NCBI GenBank assembly: GCA_965263175.1
Contig: OZ253587.1
Coordinates: 136,105-200,104, forward strand
Reading direction: 5' to 3'
Source: Chloroflexota bacterium
GTDB lineage: Bacteria > Chloroflexota > UBA11872
Length of the DNA stretch: 64,000 nt
Part shown: piece by piece, positions 54,706-63,775 of the stretch
How positions within the stretch are numbered: the stretch's first letter is position 1
How the letters are laid out: the number at the start of each line of letters is the position of its first letter
Program-made: the position numbers and the translations under genes
The notes under the pieces: generated by a model
Seen by the model: the letters and a program-made list of their open reading frames with translations, nothing else
Databases searched by the model: none
What the model was told of the DNA's origin: nothing

Positions 54706-57570
54706 ATGGCCAAACGTAGACGGCTGACCGCCAAACCGCGAAAGCGTACCAGCCGTCTCTGGCTCTGGGCGGGCCTGGCCGCGGGCGCGCTGGCCGGGCT
54801 GGGCGCTGTCCTCGTGGCGTTCGTCGTGGCTACGGGCATCGGCGTGGCCATCGCCCTCAACGTGGCCGCGACCTTCCTGACCGATCTGCCGCCGGTCGAT
54901 GAGATAGCCACGGTCGGCGGGCAACTCTTTCAGACCACCACGATCCGCGACCGCCGGGGGCGGCCGCTTGGAGAGCTGCTGGGCGAGGGCCGGCGCCGGG
55001 TGGTGCCGCCCGAGGACATCCCGCAAGTCGTCAAGATCGCCGTGGTGGCCGCCGAGGACGCCACCTTCTACGACAATCCCGGCGTGGAGGTGCGCGCCAT
55101 CGCCCGCGCGATCTGGAGTAACTGGCGCGGCGGGGCAGTGGTGTCCGGCGCCAGCACGATCACGCAGCAACTGGTCAAGAACGCGCTCCTCACGCCCGAG
55201 GAGACCTACGAGCGCAAGCTGCGGGAGGCCGTGCTGGCCTGGCAGATCAGCCAGAGGTTTTCCAAGGACGAGATCCTGGGGCTTTACCTCAACCAGAACC
55301 ACTACGGCGGCCTTACCTACGGCGTGGCCGCGGCGGCCGAGGCCTACTTCGACAAGGATCTGGCCGACATGACGCTGGCCGAAGCCGCCATGCTGGTCGG
55401 CCTCTTGCCCGCGCCCTCGTTGCACAACCCGCACGTCGACCCGCAGGCCGCCCGGCGCCAGCAACTGCGCGTGCTGGCGGCCATCGCACGCCACGGCCTG
55501 GCGCCGCCCGGCGCGGTCGCGGCGGCGCGCGAGGAGGACCTGCGGATCGCCCCCCCGCGTGAGACCAGCTCGCCGGCCCCCCACTTCCTGGACTTCGTGG
55601 TGCGCGACCTCCAAGACCGCTACGGCCCCGAAATCAGCCGCCAAGGCTGGGAAGTCACGACCACCCTCGACCTGGACCTACAGACCGCGGCCGCCACCGC
55701 GGTTCGGGACCACGTGGCGACTCTGGCCGAGCGCGAGGTCACCAACGGAGCGCTGGTAGCCATCCGTCCCGCCACCGGGGAAATCCTGGCCATGGTCGGC
55801 AGCCTGGACTTCAACGACGAGGAGATCGACGGCCAGGTGAACGTAACCACGGCGCTGCGGCAGCCGGGCTCGGCGTTCAAGCTCTTAACCTACGCCAGTG
55901 CGCTGGAGCAGGGCTATAGCCCTGCAACCATGCTGCTGGACATTCCCACCACGGTGCCAATCGCCGGCCAGGCGCCGTACCGCCCGCGCAATTACGACCG
56001 TAAGTTTCGCGGCCCCGTGAGCCTGCGCACGGCCCTCGGCAGTTCGTTCAACATCCCCGCTGTGCGAACGCAGTTATTCGCCGGGCTGGACGCGACGCTG
56101 GATGTGGCGGACCGGCTGGGGATCACGTCACTGACGGACCGTTCGCGCATCGGCCCGGCGCTTTCCCTGGGATCCAATGAGGTGCGCTTGCTCGAACTGA
56201 CCGGCGCCTATGCCACCGTGGCCAACGGCGGGCGTCGCGTGACACCGGCGGCGGTGCTGTGCATCCGGGATGCACGCGGGCTGATCGTGGAGCAGCTTGG
56301 CGACGGCTGTTCGCTGGCAGCCGATGCATCCTCGCTTGGGCTGGGGCGCCTTCCGCTCACGGAGCGTGTCTTGTCGCCCGAGATCGCCTACCTGATGACC
56401 TCCATCCTCTCGGACCGGGCGGCTCGCGAGCCGGGCTTTGGCCGGGTCCGCGAACTGCTGGATCTGGCCGACCGACCGGCCGCCGTCAAGACCGGCACAA
56501 CCGAGAACACGCGCGACGCCCTCACCGTGGGCTTCACGCCCCAGCTGGCAACCGGCGTGTGGGTGGGCAACGCCGACGGCACGCCGATGGACGACGTGAC
56601 CGGGGTCCGCGGCGCCGGCCCGATCTGGCAGCGGTTCATGGATCGCGCGCATGCGGGGTTGGACCTCGTTGACTGGACCCGGCCGCCAGGCGTGATCGAG
56701 CAGGACGTCGACGCGCTGTCCGGCCTTTTGCCGTCGCCGTACACGCCCGAAACGAAGCAGGAAGAGTTCGCGCCCGGTACCGTCCCGACCCAGCGCGACG
56801 TGGTCCATCAGCCCTTCCGCATCCACGTGCCCACCGGACTGCTGGCCACCCCGGACTCGCCGCCCGACGAGGTGGAAGAGCAAGTATTCGTCGTCCTGCC
56901 AACGGAAGCGGCAACTTGGCAGCGCGGGGTGGACGAGGACTCGCCGTTCCGGCTGCCGCCCGACGTCTTCGCCGGCGGAACCGCGCTGCCCGTGGCGGCA
57001 GCCGAGGGCAGCGGGGCACAGATCACGGCACCCGTGGAAGGGCAGGCTATTCGCAACATTCTGGAAATCTTCGGCACGGCCACCATTGGCGGATTCGGCT
57101 CATCCGAACTGCACTACGGCGACGGCCCCGTACCAGGGGCCTGGACGCGGATCGGCTCGCCAGCGGACGTCCCCCGGGCCGAACAACAGCTGGGCGCCGT
57201 CGACACCATCCAACTGACCGATGGGGCCTACACGCTGCGGCTCACGGTGCGGGCCGTTGACGGGGGCGCCGAGATCGCCTTCCGGCGCTTTGTCGTAGAC
57301 AACACGCCGCCCGTGGTGGAGGTGGTGGGCCTGGGCGCCGAAGCTGGCGCGGCCGCCGGAACCGTGCCCCTTGGCGCCGCGGTCGAGGACGCCGGCGGTG
57401 TGGCCAGCGTGGAATTTCGGGTCGACGGCGAGTCAGTCGGTGTGGCCCGCTTCGCGCCCTACCAGGTGACTTGGTCCAGCGAACCCGGTGAGCACGAGGT
57501 GGTGGCGCTCGCGACCGATCGCGCCGGCAACTCGACGACGTCGGAACCCATCACCTTTCGGGCCGGATGA
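54706..57570 (+). CDS. class A penicillin-binding protein (PBP1A: glycosyltransferase + transpeptidase) with C-terminal Ig-like domains
   Basis: GT51 motifs EDATFYDNPGVE and GASTITQQLVKN. Transpeptidase motifs SAFK, SSN-like and KTGT. The ATG at 54706 follows a TM anchor region. Confidence 0.8.
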   Translation: MAKRRRLTAKPRKRTSRLWLWAGLAAGALAGLGAVLVAFVVATGIGVAIALNVAATFLTDLPPVDEIATVGGQLFQTTTIRDRRGRPLGELLGEGRRRVVPPEDIPQVVKIAVVAAEDATFYDNPGVEVRAIARAIWSNWRGGAVVSGASTITQQLVKNALLTPEETYERKLREAVLAWQISQRFSKDEILGLYLNQNHYGGLTYGVAAAAEAYFDKDLADMTLAEAAMLVGLLPAPSLHNPHVDPQAARRQQLRVLAAIARHGLAPPGAVAAAREEDLRIAPPRETSSPAPHFLDFVVRDLQDRYGPEISRQGWEVTTTLDLDLQTAAATAVRDHVATLAEREVTNGALVAIRPATGEILAMVGSLDFNDEEIDGQVNVTTALRQPGSAFKLLTYASALEQGYSPATMLLDIPTTVPIAGQAPYRPRNYDRKFRGPVSLRTALGSSFNIPAVRTQLFAGLDATLDVADRLGITSLTDRSRIGPALSLGSNEVRLLELTGAYATVANGGRRVTPAAVLCIRDARGLIVEQLGDGCSLAADASSLGLGRLPLTERVLSPEIAYLMTSILSDRAAREPGFGRVRELLDLADRPAAVKTGTTENTRDALTVGFTPQLATGVWVGNADGTPMDDVTGVRGAGPIWQRFMDRAHAGLDLVDWTRPPGVIEQDVDALSGLLPSPYTPETKQEEFAPGTVPTQRDVVHQPFRIHVPTGLLATPDSPPDEVEEQVFVVLPTEAATWQRGVDEDSPFRLPPDVFAGGTALPVAAAEGSGAQITAPVEGQAIRNILEIFGTATIGGFGSSELHYGDGPVPGAWTRIGSPADVPRAEQQLGAVDTIQLTDGAYTLRLTVRAVDGGAEIAFRRFVVDNTPPVVEVVGLGAEAGAAAGTVPLGAAVEDAGGVASVEFRVDGESVGVARFAPYQVTWSSEPGEHEVVALATDRAGNSTTSEPITFRAG

Positions 57571-57808
57571 GGCGCCCATTGACGCCGATCCGGGGGTTCG
57601 CGGGCGGGTGCGAACCCTCCCACTTCCGGGCCGTCACAGCACACGGCGTGCTAACGGTCAACGCGTGTACAATGCGGCCACGTTCTAGTCTGCAGCGCGC
57701 GTTCTTGGGCCCCAAGACGTTTAGGGGAGGCTCCGTGGCGCGAGACCGCCGGCAGTTGTTGACCTGGGGGCGGCCTAAGACTGGCGGCCCCGGGAATAGG
57801 GGGCTGCG

Positions 57809-58810
57809 GTGAGGAGCCTGCGACAGTATCGACTGTTCGTCACGCTGCTGGTTCTGCCTGTACTTGCCATCGTCCTGATCGTGGTGCTGGTCATGGCATT
57901 GACCCGCGGAGGCGAGGAGGATCCGGCAGCGGCGACGCCGTCGCCAACGGCCGCCGTTGGCGGCCTGCCGACGACCCCACCGGCCGGCCGAACGCCGGTT
58001 GCTTCGCAAATCACGGTTGCGCCCACGCAACCGCCAGTGCCAGAGCCCACGCCCACGCTGGCGCCTACCCCCACCCCCACCGAGCCGTCGGCGCCCACGC
58101 CCACGCCCACGCCCACGCCTGAAGGTCCGATCGAATACGCGGTGCAGGACGGCGACACGCTGTTTTCCATCGCCTCGGCCTACGGGGTGAGCGTGTCCGA
58201 TCTGGTCAACTTCAACGACCTGCCGGACGAGAACTTCGTCCTCATCGGCCAGGTGCTGGAGATCCCCACGGACCCGGCCCAGGTCATTGAGCGGCGTGAG
58301 TCGCAGCCCGTGGCGACGATCGCCGTGGTGGTGCCCAATGACGGGCTGAATGTGCGCGAGGCGCCCAACACCGCGACCGGCACCGTGCAGTACGTGGCGC
58401 CCGGCGGCACCGAATTGGCCCTCACGGGCGTCGTCGAGGTGATTGACGGCATTGAGTGGCGCGAGGTTACCGACGGCAATTGGGTGCAGGCCCAGTACCT
58501 GGAGATCGGTGTGCGAGCGGCCCCGGCTCAGCCGGCCGCGCCTGCGGCCACTGAGGCCCCGGCCCCGGCCGCCACCGAAGCTCCGCAGCCCACGCAGGCG
58601 CCCGAGGGCGAAACCGTGCGCGCCACCGTGGTTCCCACCGCCGGCCTCAACGTGCGGACGACGGCGGACCCGACCGGAGCCGTGGCCTACGTGGCGCCCG
58701 GCGCGTCCGAACTGGAACTCACCGGCGAAACCCAGGTCGTCGACGGCGTCACCTGGTGGCAGCTGACCGACGGCAACTGGGTCCAGGGCCAGTTCCTCAA
58801 GTTCGGCTAG
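57809..58810 (+). CDS. LysM + two SH3b domain protein with Pro/Thr-rich linker (cell wall-associated)
   Basis: N-terminal TM, PTPTPTEPSAPTPTPTPTPE linker, YAVQDGDTLFSIASAYGVSVSDLVNFN (LysM), and two repeats of G(L)NVR...WxxVTDGNWVQ (SH3_3). Confidence 0.7.
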   Translation: MRSLRQYRLFVTLLVLPVLAIVLIVVLVMALTRGGEEDPAAATPSPTAAVGGLPTTPPAGRTPVASQITVAPTQPPVPEPTPTLAPTPTPTEPSAPTPTPTPTPEGPIEYAVQDGDTLFSIASAYGVSVSDLVNFNDLPDENFVLIGQVLEIPTDPAQVIERRESQPVATIAVVVPNDGLNVREAPNTATGTVQYVAPGGTELALTGVVEVIDGIEWREVTDGNWVQAQYLEIGVRAAPAQPAAPAATEAPAPAATEAPQPTQAPEGETVRATVVPTAGLNVRTTADPTGAVAYVAPGASELELTGETQVVDGVTWWQLTDGNWVQGQFLKFG

Positions 58811-58825
58811 CCGGACAGCATTTTC

Positions 58826-58859
58826 AAAAGGGGCGCTCCAGACGGAGCGCCCCTTTTTT
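58826..58859. terminator. bidirectional intrinsic terminator AAAAGGGGCGCTCC-AGAC-GGAGCGCCCCTTTTTT
   Basis: 10-bp GC stem, a T6 tract on the plus strand and an A4 tract on the minus strand. Lies between convergent genes. Confidence 0.8.
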
Positions 58860-58868
58860 GCGATACCG

Positions 58869-59906
58869 CTAGGACGTGGCCGGGCTGGCGCCAGCCAGCC
58901 AGCGATCCATGAAACCCAGGGACGTGGCGGCCCGAAACTCGTGCCCGCCGTCGAACTCGTCGCGCTCCAGTCGCTCCGGCACGCCCGCCGCTTCGTAAAT
59001 CGCGGCCAGGCGCGCGTGCGCCTGGCGCGAGGCCTCGATAGCGAAGCCCCGGTCCATCCGTCCGGCCTCGATCAGCAGCGGCCGCGGGGCGATCAGCCCG
59101 TGCAGGTCCGGCACGTCCGCGTAGGCGTAGATCCCCGGCAGGAACTGTGACCCGCAGAAGTTGCCCGGGCCCAGGGCGTAGGCCTGGAATGTGGTGAGGT
59201 AGCCGCTTACCACCGCCGCGCGGATCCGTGTGTCCAGCGCGGCGAGGTACATCGTGCGCGTCCCGCCGAACGACAGCCCGGCGCAGCCCAGGCATCCGGC
59301 GTCCACCTCCGGCCGCGCGGCCAGGAGGTCCAGGCCGCGCCGGTCGTCCTGGATGTTCAGCGCCATCAGGTTGATGCCGAACAGCAGCGCTCGCATGAAG
59401 TTGACGTTGCAGCCGTCGCGCTGCCCGTAGCGGCGGAAGCCTTCGGCGCGTTCGCCGAATCCAATCGCGTCCGGCGCCAGCACCACGTGCCCGCGCTCGG
59501 CATAGCGTCGGGCAAAGCTGCGGTAAATGTTGGGGCTGTCGTCGCGCGCCACCAGCTGGTCCTTGCCGTCCCCGTGTCCGTGTAGCGCCAGGATTCCGGA
59601 GGCCGGCTGCCCGGCTGACGCGCCGACGGGTACCAGCATCCAGGCGGGGACAAACACGTCGGGGATGGTCTCGTACACGAGCTTGTGCTGAACGTAGGCG
59701 CCGCAATCCGTCGATTCCAGGATCGTCGGCTCGGACCCGGTCAACGCGGGCAGCTCGCCCAGCAGCGCCTGCACCCGCTCAAGCAGCGCCGCCCGCCAGG
59801 CGCCGAAATCCATGCCCGGGTGAAAGGCCAGCGAGGGTTCGCGCGCCTCGTCCAAGCCCTCAATGAACCCGTCAAAGGCGTACGCCGGCGGGTCTGCGGT
59901 CGTCAT
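58869..59906 (-). CDS. alpha/beta hydrolase (acetyl xylan esterase / dienelactone hydrolase-like)
   Basis: LALHGHGDGKD, nucleophile elbow GCAGLSFGG, and a catalytic His-containing C-terminus. Confidence 0.6.
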   Translation of the reverse strand: MTTADPPAYAFDGFIEGLDEAREPSLAFHPGMDFGAWRAALLERVQALLGELPALTGSEPTILESTDCGAYVQHKLVYETIPDVFVPAWMLVPVGASAGQPASGILALHGHGDGKDQLVARDDSPNIYRSFARRYAERGHVVLAPDAIGFGERAEGFRRYGQRDGCNVNFMRALLFGINLMALNIQDDRRGLDLLAARPEVDAGCLGCAGLSFGGTRTMYLAALDTRIRAAVVSGYLTTFQAYALGPGNFCGSQFLPGIYAYADVPDLHGLIAPRPLLIEAGRMDRGFAIEASRQAHARLAAIYEAAGVPERLERDEFDGGHEFRAATSLGFMDRWLAGASPATS

Positions 59907-60703
59907 GACGCCGGAACGCGCGCCCGCAGGTAGTCCAGCGCCAGCCCGGCCTGGGCCGGGAAGTCGGTGAACCGCTTGCCGTTGTCCTCCACGCTCATCC
60001 GCAGGTCATAGCCTGTGGCCAGCAGGGCGTCCAGAAAGTCGTCGAACCCCGGGTCGGTCGGCTGCGCCGGCGCGTCGGGAATGGGAGGCACGGGCACGTG
60101 GATGTGACGCAAGCGCGGGGCGACTTCGGCCAGGGTTTCCAGCGGCTCGTCGTTGTGGAAGACGTGGAACCAGTCGGCCAGCGTCCACACGCGCGGCTGC
60201 CCGCTCTGGCGGGCGGCCGCGAAGCCTTCGACGATGGTGTTGATCGTGTCGCACACGTCGCGCCAGAGCGGTTCGATCACCAGGTCCATGTCGTGATTGG
60301 CGGCGATCTCGCCCGCCAGCAGCAGGAAGTCCTGCAACTGTCCGGGGACCAGGTGGTGGTCAAACCCCGGCGGCGTGGAGCGAGCGCCGCCGCTCCCAAA
60401 CACCACCAGCCGGGTCCCCAGGTCGCGCATGCGGCCCATGGCCGTGGTTACGTAGGCGCGCAGACCATCCAGGTCGCGCGCCGGTCCCACCACCGGATGG
60501 TGGGGCGGGATGAACACGTTCAGGGCCTCGGGCGGCAGACCGGCGTCCTCGATCCGGCGCTTGATCGGGGCGTAGACGGTCTCGTCGTCGTCGGGCCGGA
60601 GGTCCACCACGCGCAGCTCGGCGTAGTCATAGCCGGCCGCGCGCATGGCCGGCATGTTCTCGATCGGTCCGCAGCAGCCGAATCGCATAGGGCGCGTATC
60701 CAT
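59903..60703 (-). CDS. sugar phosphate isomerase/epimerase (xylose isomerase-like TIM barrel)
   Basis: MRFGCCGPIENMPAMRAAGYDYAEL matches the AP_endonuc_2 family pattern. Confidence 0.6.
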   Translation of the reverse strand: MDTRPMRFGCCGPIENMPAMRAAGYDYAELRVVDLRPDDDETVYAPIKRRIEDAGLPPEALNVFIPPHHPVVGPARDLDGLRAYVTTAMGRMRDLGTRLVVFGSGGARSTPPGFDHHLVPGQLQDFLLLAGEIAANHDMDLVIEPLWRDVCDTINTIVEGFAAARQSGQPRVWTLADWFHVFHNDEPLETLAEVAPRLRHIHVPVPPIPDAPAQPTDPGFDDFLDALLATGYDLRMSVEDNGKRFTDFPAQAGLALDYLRARVPAS

Positions 60704-60765
60704 CCTCAGGCTGGGCTGCCCGGCATGGTACGCGAGCGCCCACCCGAACCAGGGGTAGCCGCCGA

Positions 60766-61446
60766 ATGACCTACGACGACCAAGGCGAATTGCTGGAGGT
60801 CGTCACGCCCGACGGCCGCGCGACCGGGCGCCTGCTGCCTCGCGGACAGATTCACCGCGAGGGCCACTGGCACCGCACGCGCACCGTCTGGGTCGTCCTG
60901 ACCGGCGAGCCGGACGGCCCGGCCCTGCTGCTCCAGCAGCGCGGGTTCACCAAGGACACCTGGGGCGGGCTGCTGGACGTCAGCAGCGCCGGCCACCTGG
61001 CGCCTGACGACCCCGACCCGTGGCGCGAACTGGAGGAGGAGCTAGGCGTACGGCCCACGCAGGGACCGCTGATCCAACTGGGCACCCGCCGCGTGGAAGG
61101 CGCTCATCCGCGCGACGGCCTGGTGGACCGCGAGTTGCAGGACCTGTGGCTCTGGCTGGCGCCGCTCGCGCTCGACGGATTGCGACCAGCGCGCGGGGAG
61201 ATCGAGGCCCTGCTCAGCCTGGACCTGGCGGTCGTGCCGGATCTGGAGCGTCCCGACGCACGCACACCCGCCCGGCGGCTGGACGCGGTGACGCGCACGG
61301 TTGAGCCGGCGGTCGTGACGTTGCCCGAGTTGACGCCCGGCCTTGGCCCGTATGCGGTGCATGTGGCGCGGCTGTCGTATCGCGCCCTGGCGGGTGAGCG
61401 AGAGTTGCGCTACGACCCGCGTTACGACATCCGCGCCGAAACCTGA
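60766..61446 (+). CDS. NUDIX hydrolase
   Basis: NUDIX box GHLAPDDPDPWRELEEELGV (GX5EX7REUXEEXGU). Confidence 0.65.
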   Translation: MTYDDQGELLEVVTPDGRATGRLLPRGQIHREGHWHRTRTVWVVLTGEPDGPALLLQQRGFTKDTWGGLLDVSSAGHLAPDDPDPWRELEEELGVRPTQGPLIQLGTRRVEGAHPRDGLVDRELQDLWLWLAPLALDGLRPARGEIEALLSLDLAVVPDLERPDARTPARRLDAVTRTVEPAVVTLPELTPGLGPYAVHVARLSYRALAGERELRYDPRYDIRAET

Positions 61447-61484
61447 CGGGCCGGGCCGCTTTTGGCGACCCGGCCCGCTGGGGA

Positions 61485-61593
61485 GAGACCTTTGCGTAAC
61501 CCGGGGGCGGTTGCCCGGAAGACCCTCACCCACAGGGAGAGGGAGCAAGAGCCGCCGCACCTTCGAGGACGCGGGGCGATTTGCAAAGGTCTC
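61485..61593. mobile_element. MITE-like element (shorter variant, 109 bp, opposite orientation)
   Basis: GAGACCTTTGCGTAACCCGGGGG...GCAAAGGTCTC. The paralogous locus at about 63725 lacks it (empty site). Confidence 0.75.
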
Positions 61594-61614
61594 TGGGGAG
61601 GGAGGGGATGTGGA

Positions 61615-62553
61615 TTAGCGAATGGTGATATTGCTCACACCGGCTTCGATCTTGATCGTCACGCGGTTGGCGGCGCTTTCGAAGTCGGGCGAGACGTATT
61701 GGCCGTTGTCCTGCTCCGGGAAGCGCGACTCGTCGATGTCCATGCTGGACACCCCGCCGTCGAAGTCGATCTGCGCCGCGACGCCCGGCGGAACCATGAT
61801 GTCCAGGTCCGCCGCCCCGATGCTGAAGTCAGCGCTCGTACGCCCGGCGTTGGCGGGCAGCACTACGCTGATGTCCGCGGCGCCCGCTTCGACGTTCAGG
61901 CTCTGCACGTTCAACTCCCGCAGGTCCAAATCGAAGGTCGATGCTCCGCCTTCGATACGTATATCGGACGGGATGCCCTCGGCGTGACGCAACGCCCAGC
62001 GTGGCGACGAGCTGGTGCGGCGCGGCGGGAACTGGAAGCTCCAGTCGGCGTTGAGGCGCAGGTCCACCGTGCGCCGGCCGTCCGCGGTGCTCACGCTCAA
62101 GCGCTGGTCCGTCACTTCGGTCAGGGGCGCCTGGGATCCGCCGGCCAGCAGCACGCCCGGCGGGGCGCCGCCCGTGAGCGAGAGGTCGCCGGCGGCCAAC
62201 GTGAGGTTCAGGCGCGCCGACCGCGCACCGTCGCTCGGCACCCAGATCGACTTGTTCCCGATTGTCAGGCTTGGCGGCGGCGAGGGGTCGGCCACTGCCA
62301 ACACCCAGGCCGCGGCCAGTGAGCCCGTCACGACCGCCAGCGCGGCCAGCGAGCCGATCCAGGCGCGCTGGCGGGACAGCACCAGGTTTACGCCCACGGC
62401 CACCAGCAGCAGCGGCCACAGCGTCCAGAACTCGCCCCAGAACCCGTCGGGCAACACTTCCAGGTTCCAGAGGAGCCCGAACACGCCGAGCAGGATCAGG
62501 CCGCCGGCGAATCCGAAGCCGTGCTGCCGGGTCAATGTCCTTGATCCGTTCAT
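61615..62553 (-). CDS. DUF4097/LiaF-like cell-envelope stress protein
   Basis: N-terminal TM helices followed by a beta-rich repeat domain (ADISVVLPANAG...IDFDGGVSSMDIDES...VTIKIEAGVSNITIR). Start at the MNGSRTL Met. Confidence 0.5.
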   Translation of the reverse strand: MNGSRTLTRQHGFGFAGGLILLGVFGLLWNLEVLPDGFWGEFWTLWPLLLVAVGVNLVLSRQRAWIGSLAALAVVTGSLAAAWVLAVADPSPPPSLTIGNKSIWVPSDGARSARLNLTLAAGDLSLTGGAPPGVLLAGGSQAPLTEVTDQRLSVSTADGRRTVDLRLNADWSFQFPPRRTSSSPRWALRHAEGIPSDIRIEGGASTFDLDLRELNVQSLNVEAGAADISVVLPANAGRTSADFSIGAADLDIMVPPGVAAQIDFDGGVSSMDIDESRFPEQDNGQYVSPDFESAANRVTIKIEAGVSNITIR

Positions 62554-62780
62554 TGCGGCCCCCTGGCGTGCCCGACGTACCTGACGATCATCACCAGGCC
62601 GATCCCAATCAGAATCACAGGCCACAGCTCTCGGAACTCGAACCAGCCGAACTGGTCCACCAGGAAGATGGCGCCGATCAAAATCAGCGTGGCGCCGCCC
62701 ACCAATGCGCCGTCGCCGCGTCGCCGCCTGCGACGGCGGCGAGCCGGGCCCGAACCGGCCTGGGTGTCGTTACCTGTCAT
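62550..62780 (-). CDS. small membrane protein (76 aa) sharing a C-terminal TM module with the PspC-domain protein
   Basis: ALVGGATLILIGAIFLVDQFGWFEFRELWPVILIGIG compared with ALVIGSVLIVMGALALVDQFSLLSFWQFWPLILIGIG. Confidence 0.45.
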   Translation of the reverse strand: MTGNDTQAGSGPARRRRRRRRGDGALVGGATLILIGAIFLVDQFGWFEFRELWPVILIGIGLVMIVRYVGHARGPQ

Positions 62781-62789
62781 CGCAGCCTC

Positions 62790-63410
62790 CTAGCGAATGC
62801 GGCCAAGGATCAGCGCGCCGCCGATCCCGATCAGAATGAGGGGCCAGAACTGCCAGAAGCTGAGCAGGCTGAACTGGTCCACCAGGGCCAGCGCGCCCAT
62901 CACGATCAGGACGGACCCGATAACCAACGCGCCCCGGCCGCGCCGCCGCGCCGCCGCTCGCCGCCGCCGCGCCCGGCGGGATCCGGCGCGCCTGCGCTGC
63001 CTCGGGGCCGCCGCCGGTGGGGCGTCGGGGCTGGAGGTGCTCGATGCGGCCGCGGCCGTGGCCGTAGCGCCGTCGGGCTTGGGCTCATCCTCGGCGTCAG
63101 CCTCGTCCTGACTTTCGTCCGTGGTCTGGCTGTCCGATTCGTCCCCGGCCTGGGCATCAGCCTCGTCGTCGGCTAACTCGTCGTCTTCGTACTCGTCTTC
63201 GTCCTCGTACGCATCCTCGCCGTCGGGCGGCGACGGCATGATGATCGCCATCACGAAGTAGGCGACGAGCAGCAGACCGCCAGTGAAGAGCGCGCCCAGT
63301 ACCCAGAGCAGCCGGATGATGACCGGATCGATGTCGAAGTACTCCGCCATCCCGCCGGCCACGCCCGTTAGCATCCGGTCCGTGTGGCTGCGGGTCAGCC
63401 GCTGATCCAT
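62790..63410 (-). CDS. PspC domain-containing membrane protein with acidic low-complexity linker
   Basis: MDQRLTRSHTDRMLTGVAGGMAEYFDIDPVIIRLLWV (PspC N-terminal domain). A D/E-rich stretch. A C-terminal TM module. Confidence 0.55.
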   Translation of the reverse strand: MDQRLTRSHTDRMLTGVAGGMAEYFDIDPVIIRLLWVLGALFTGGLLLVAYFVMAIIMPSPPDGEDAYEDEDEYEDDELADDEADAQAGDESDSQTTDESQDEADAEDEPKPDGATATAAAASSTSSPDAPPAAAPRQRRRAGSRRARRRRAAARRRGRGALVIGSVLIVMGALALVDQFSLLSFWQFWPLILIGIGGALILGRIR

Positions 63411-63599
63411 GACAAGGCCTTTCCGCGGTTGTGTCTGACTTGCAACGCCACGGTATGCCGTGAGCGCCCCGCCGCCATCGCCCCAAGGCCCTATTTTTAG
63501 CTCGTGGACTCGGCCAAAAGGACTAGAGGTGTTGGGCCGCGTGGCCACTCGGCGAATCGAGTCGCGTCGCTGCGCCTGCGCGTGTTCCCGGCGCAGGCC

Positions 63600-63711
63600 G
63601 GGTCCAGGGCGACGGCTGACCCCCGCCCTCGGCCCCTGCGCGGCGCACATGGCGCGGCTGGCCCTGACGGGCGCACGCGCACTCCGCTACGACCTGCGCG
63701 CCGAAACCTGA
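63600..63711 (+). pseudogene. duplicated, diverged 3' fragment of the NUDIX gene
   Basis: ...ARLALTGARALRYDLRAET* compared with ...ARLSYRALAGERELRYDPRYDIRAET*. The downstream intergenic sequence is also duplicated. Confidence 0.45.
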
Positions 63712-63775
63712 CGGGCCGGACCGCCGTCGGCGACCCGGCCCGCTGGGGGAGGGAAGGGAACGAGGATTAGCGAAC

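Noticed and set aside
58070-58125. CCCACGCCCACGCCCACGCCT repeat and the GAC/GAG-rich tract at 63130-63240 as possible non-coding repeats
   Set aside because: Both are in frame within genes (PTPTPT linker of the LysM/SH3 protein, and the acidic linker of the PspC-domain protein). Coding low-complexity, not independent elements.
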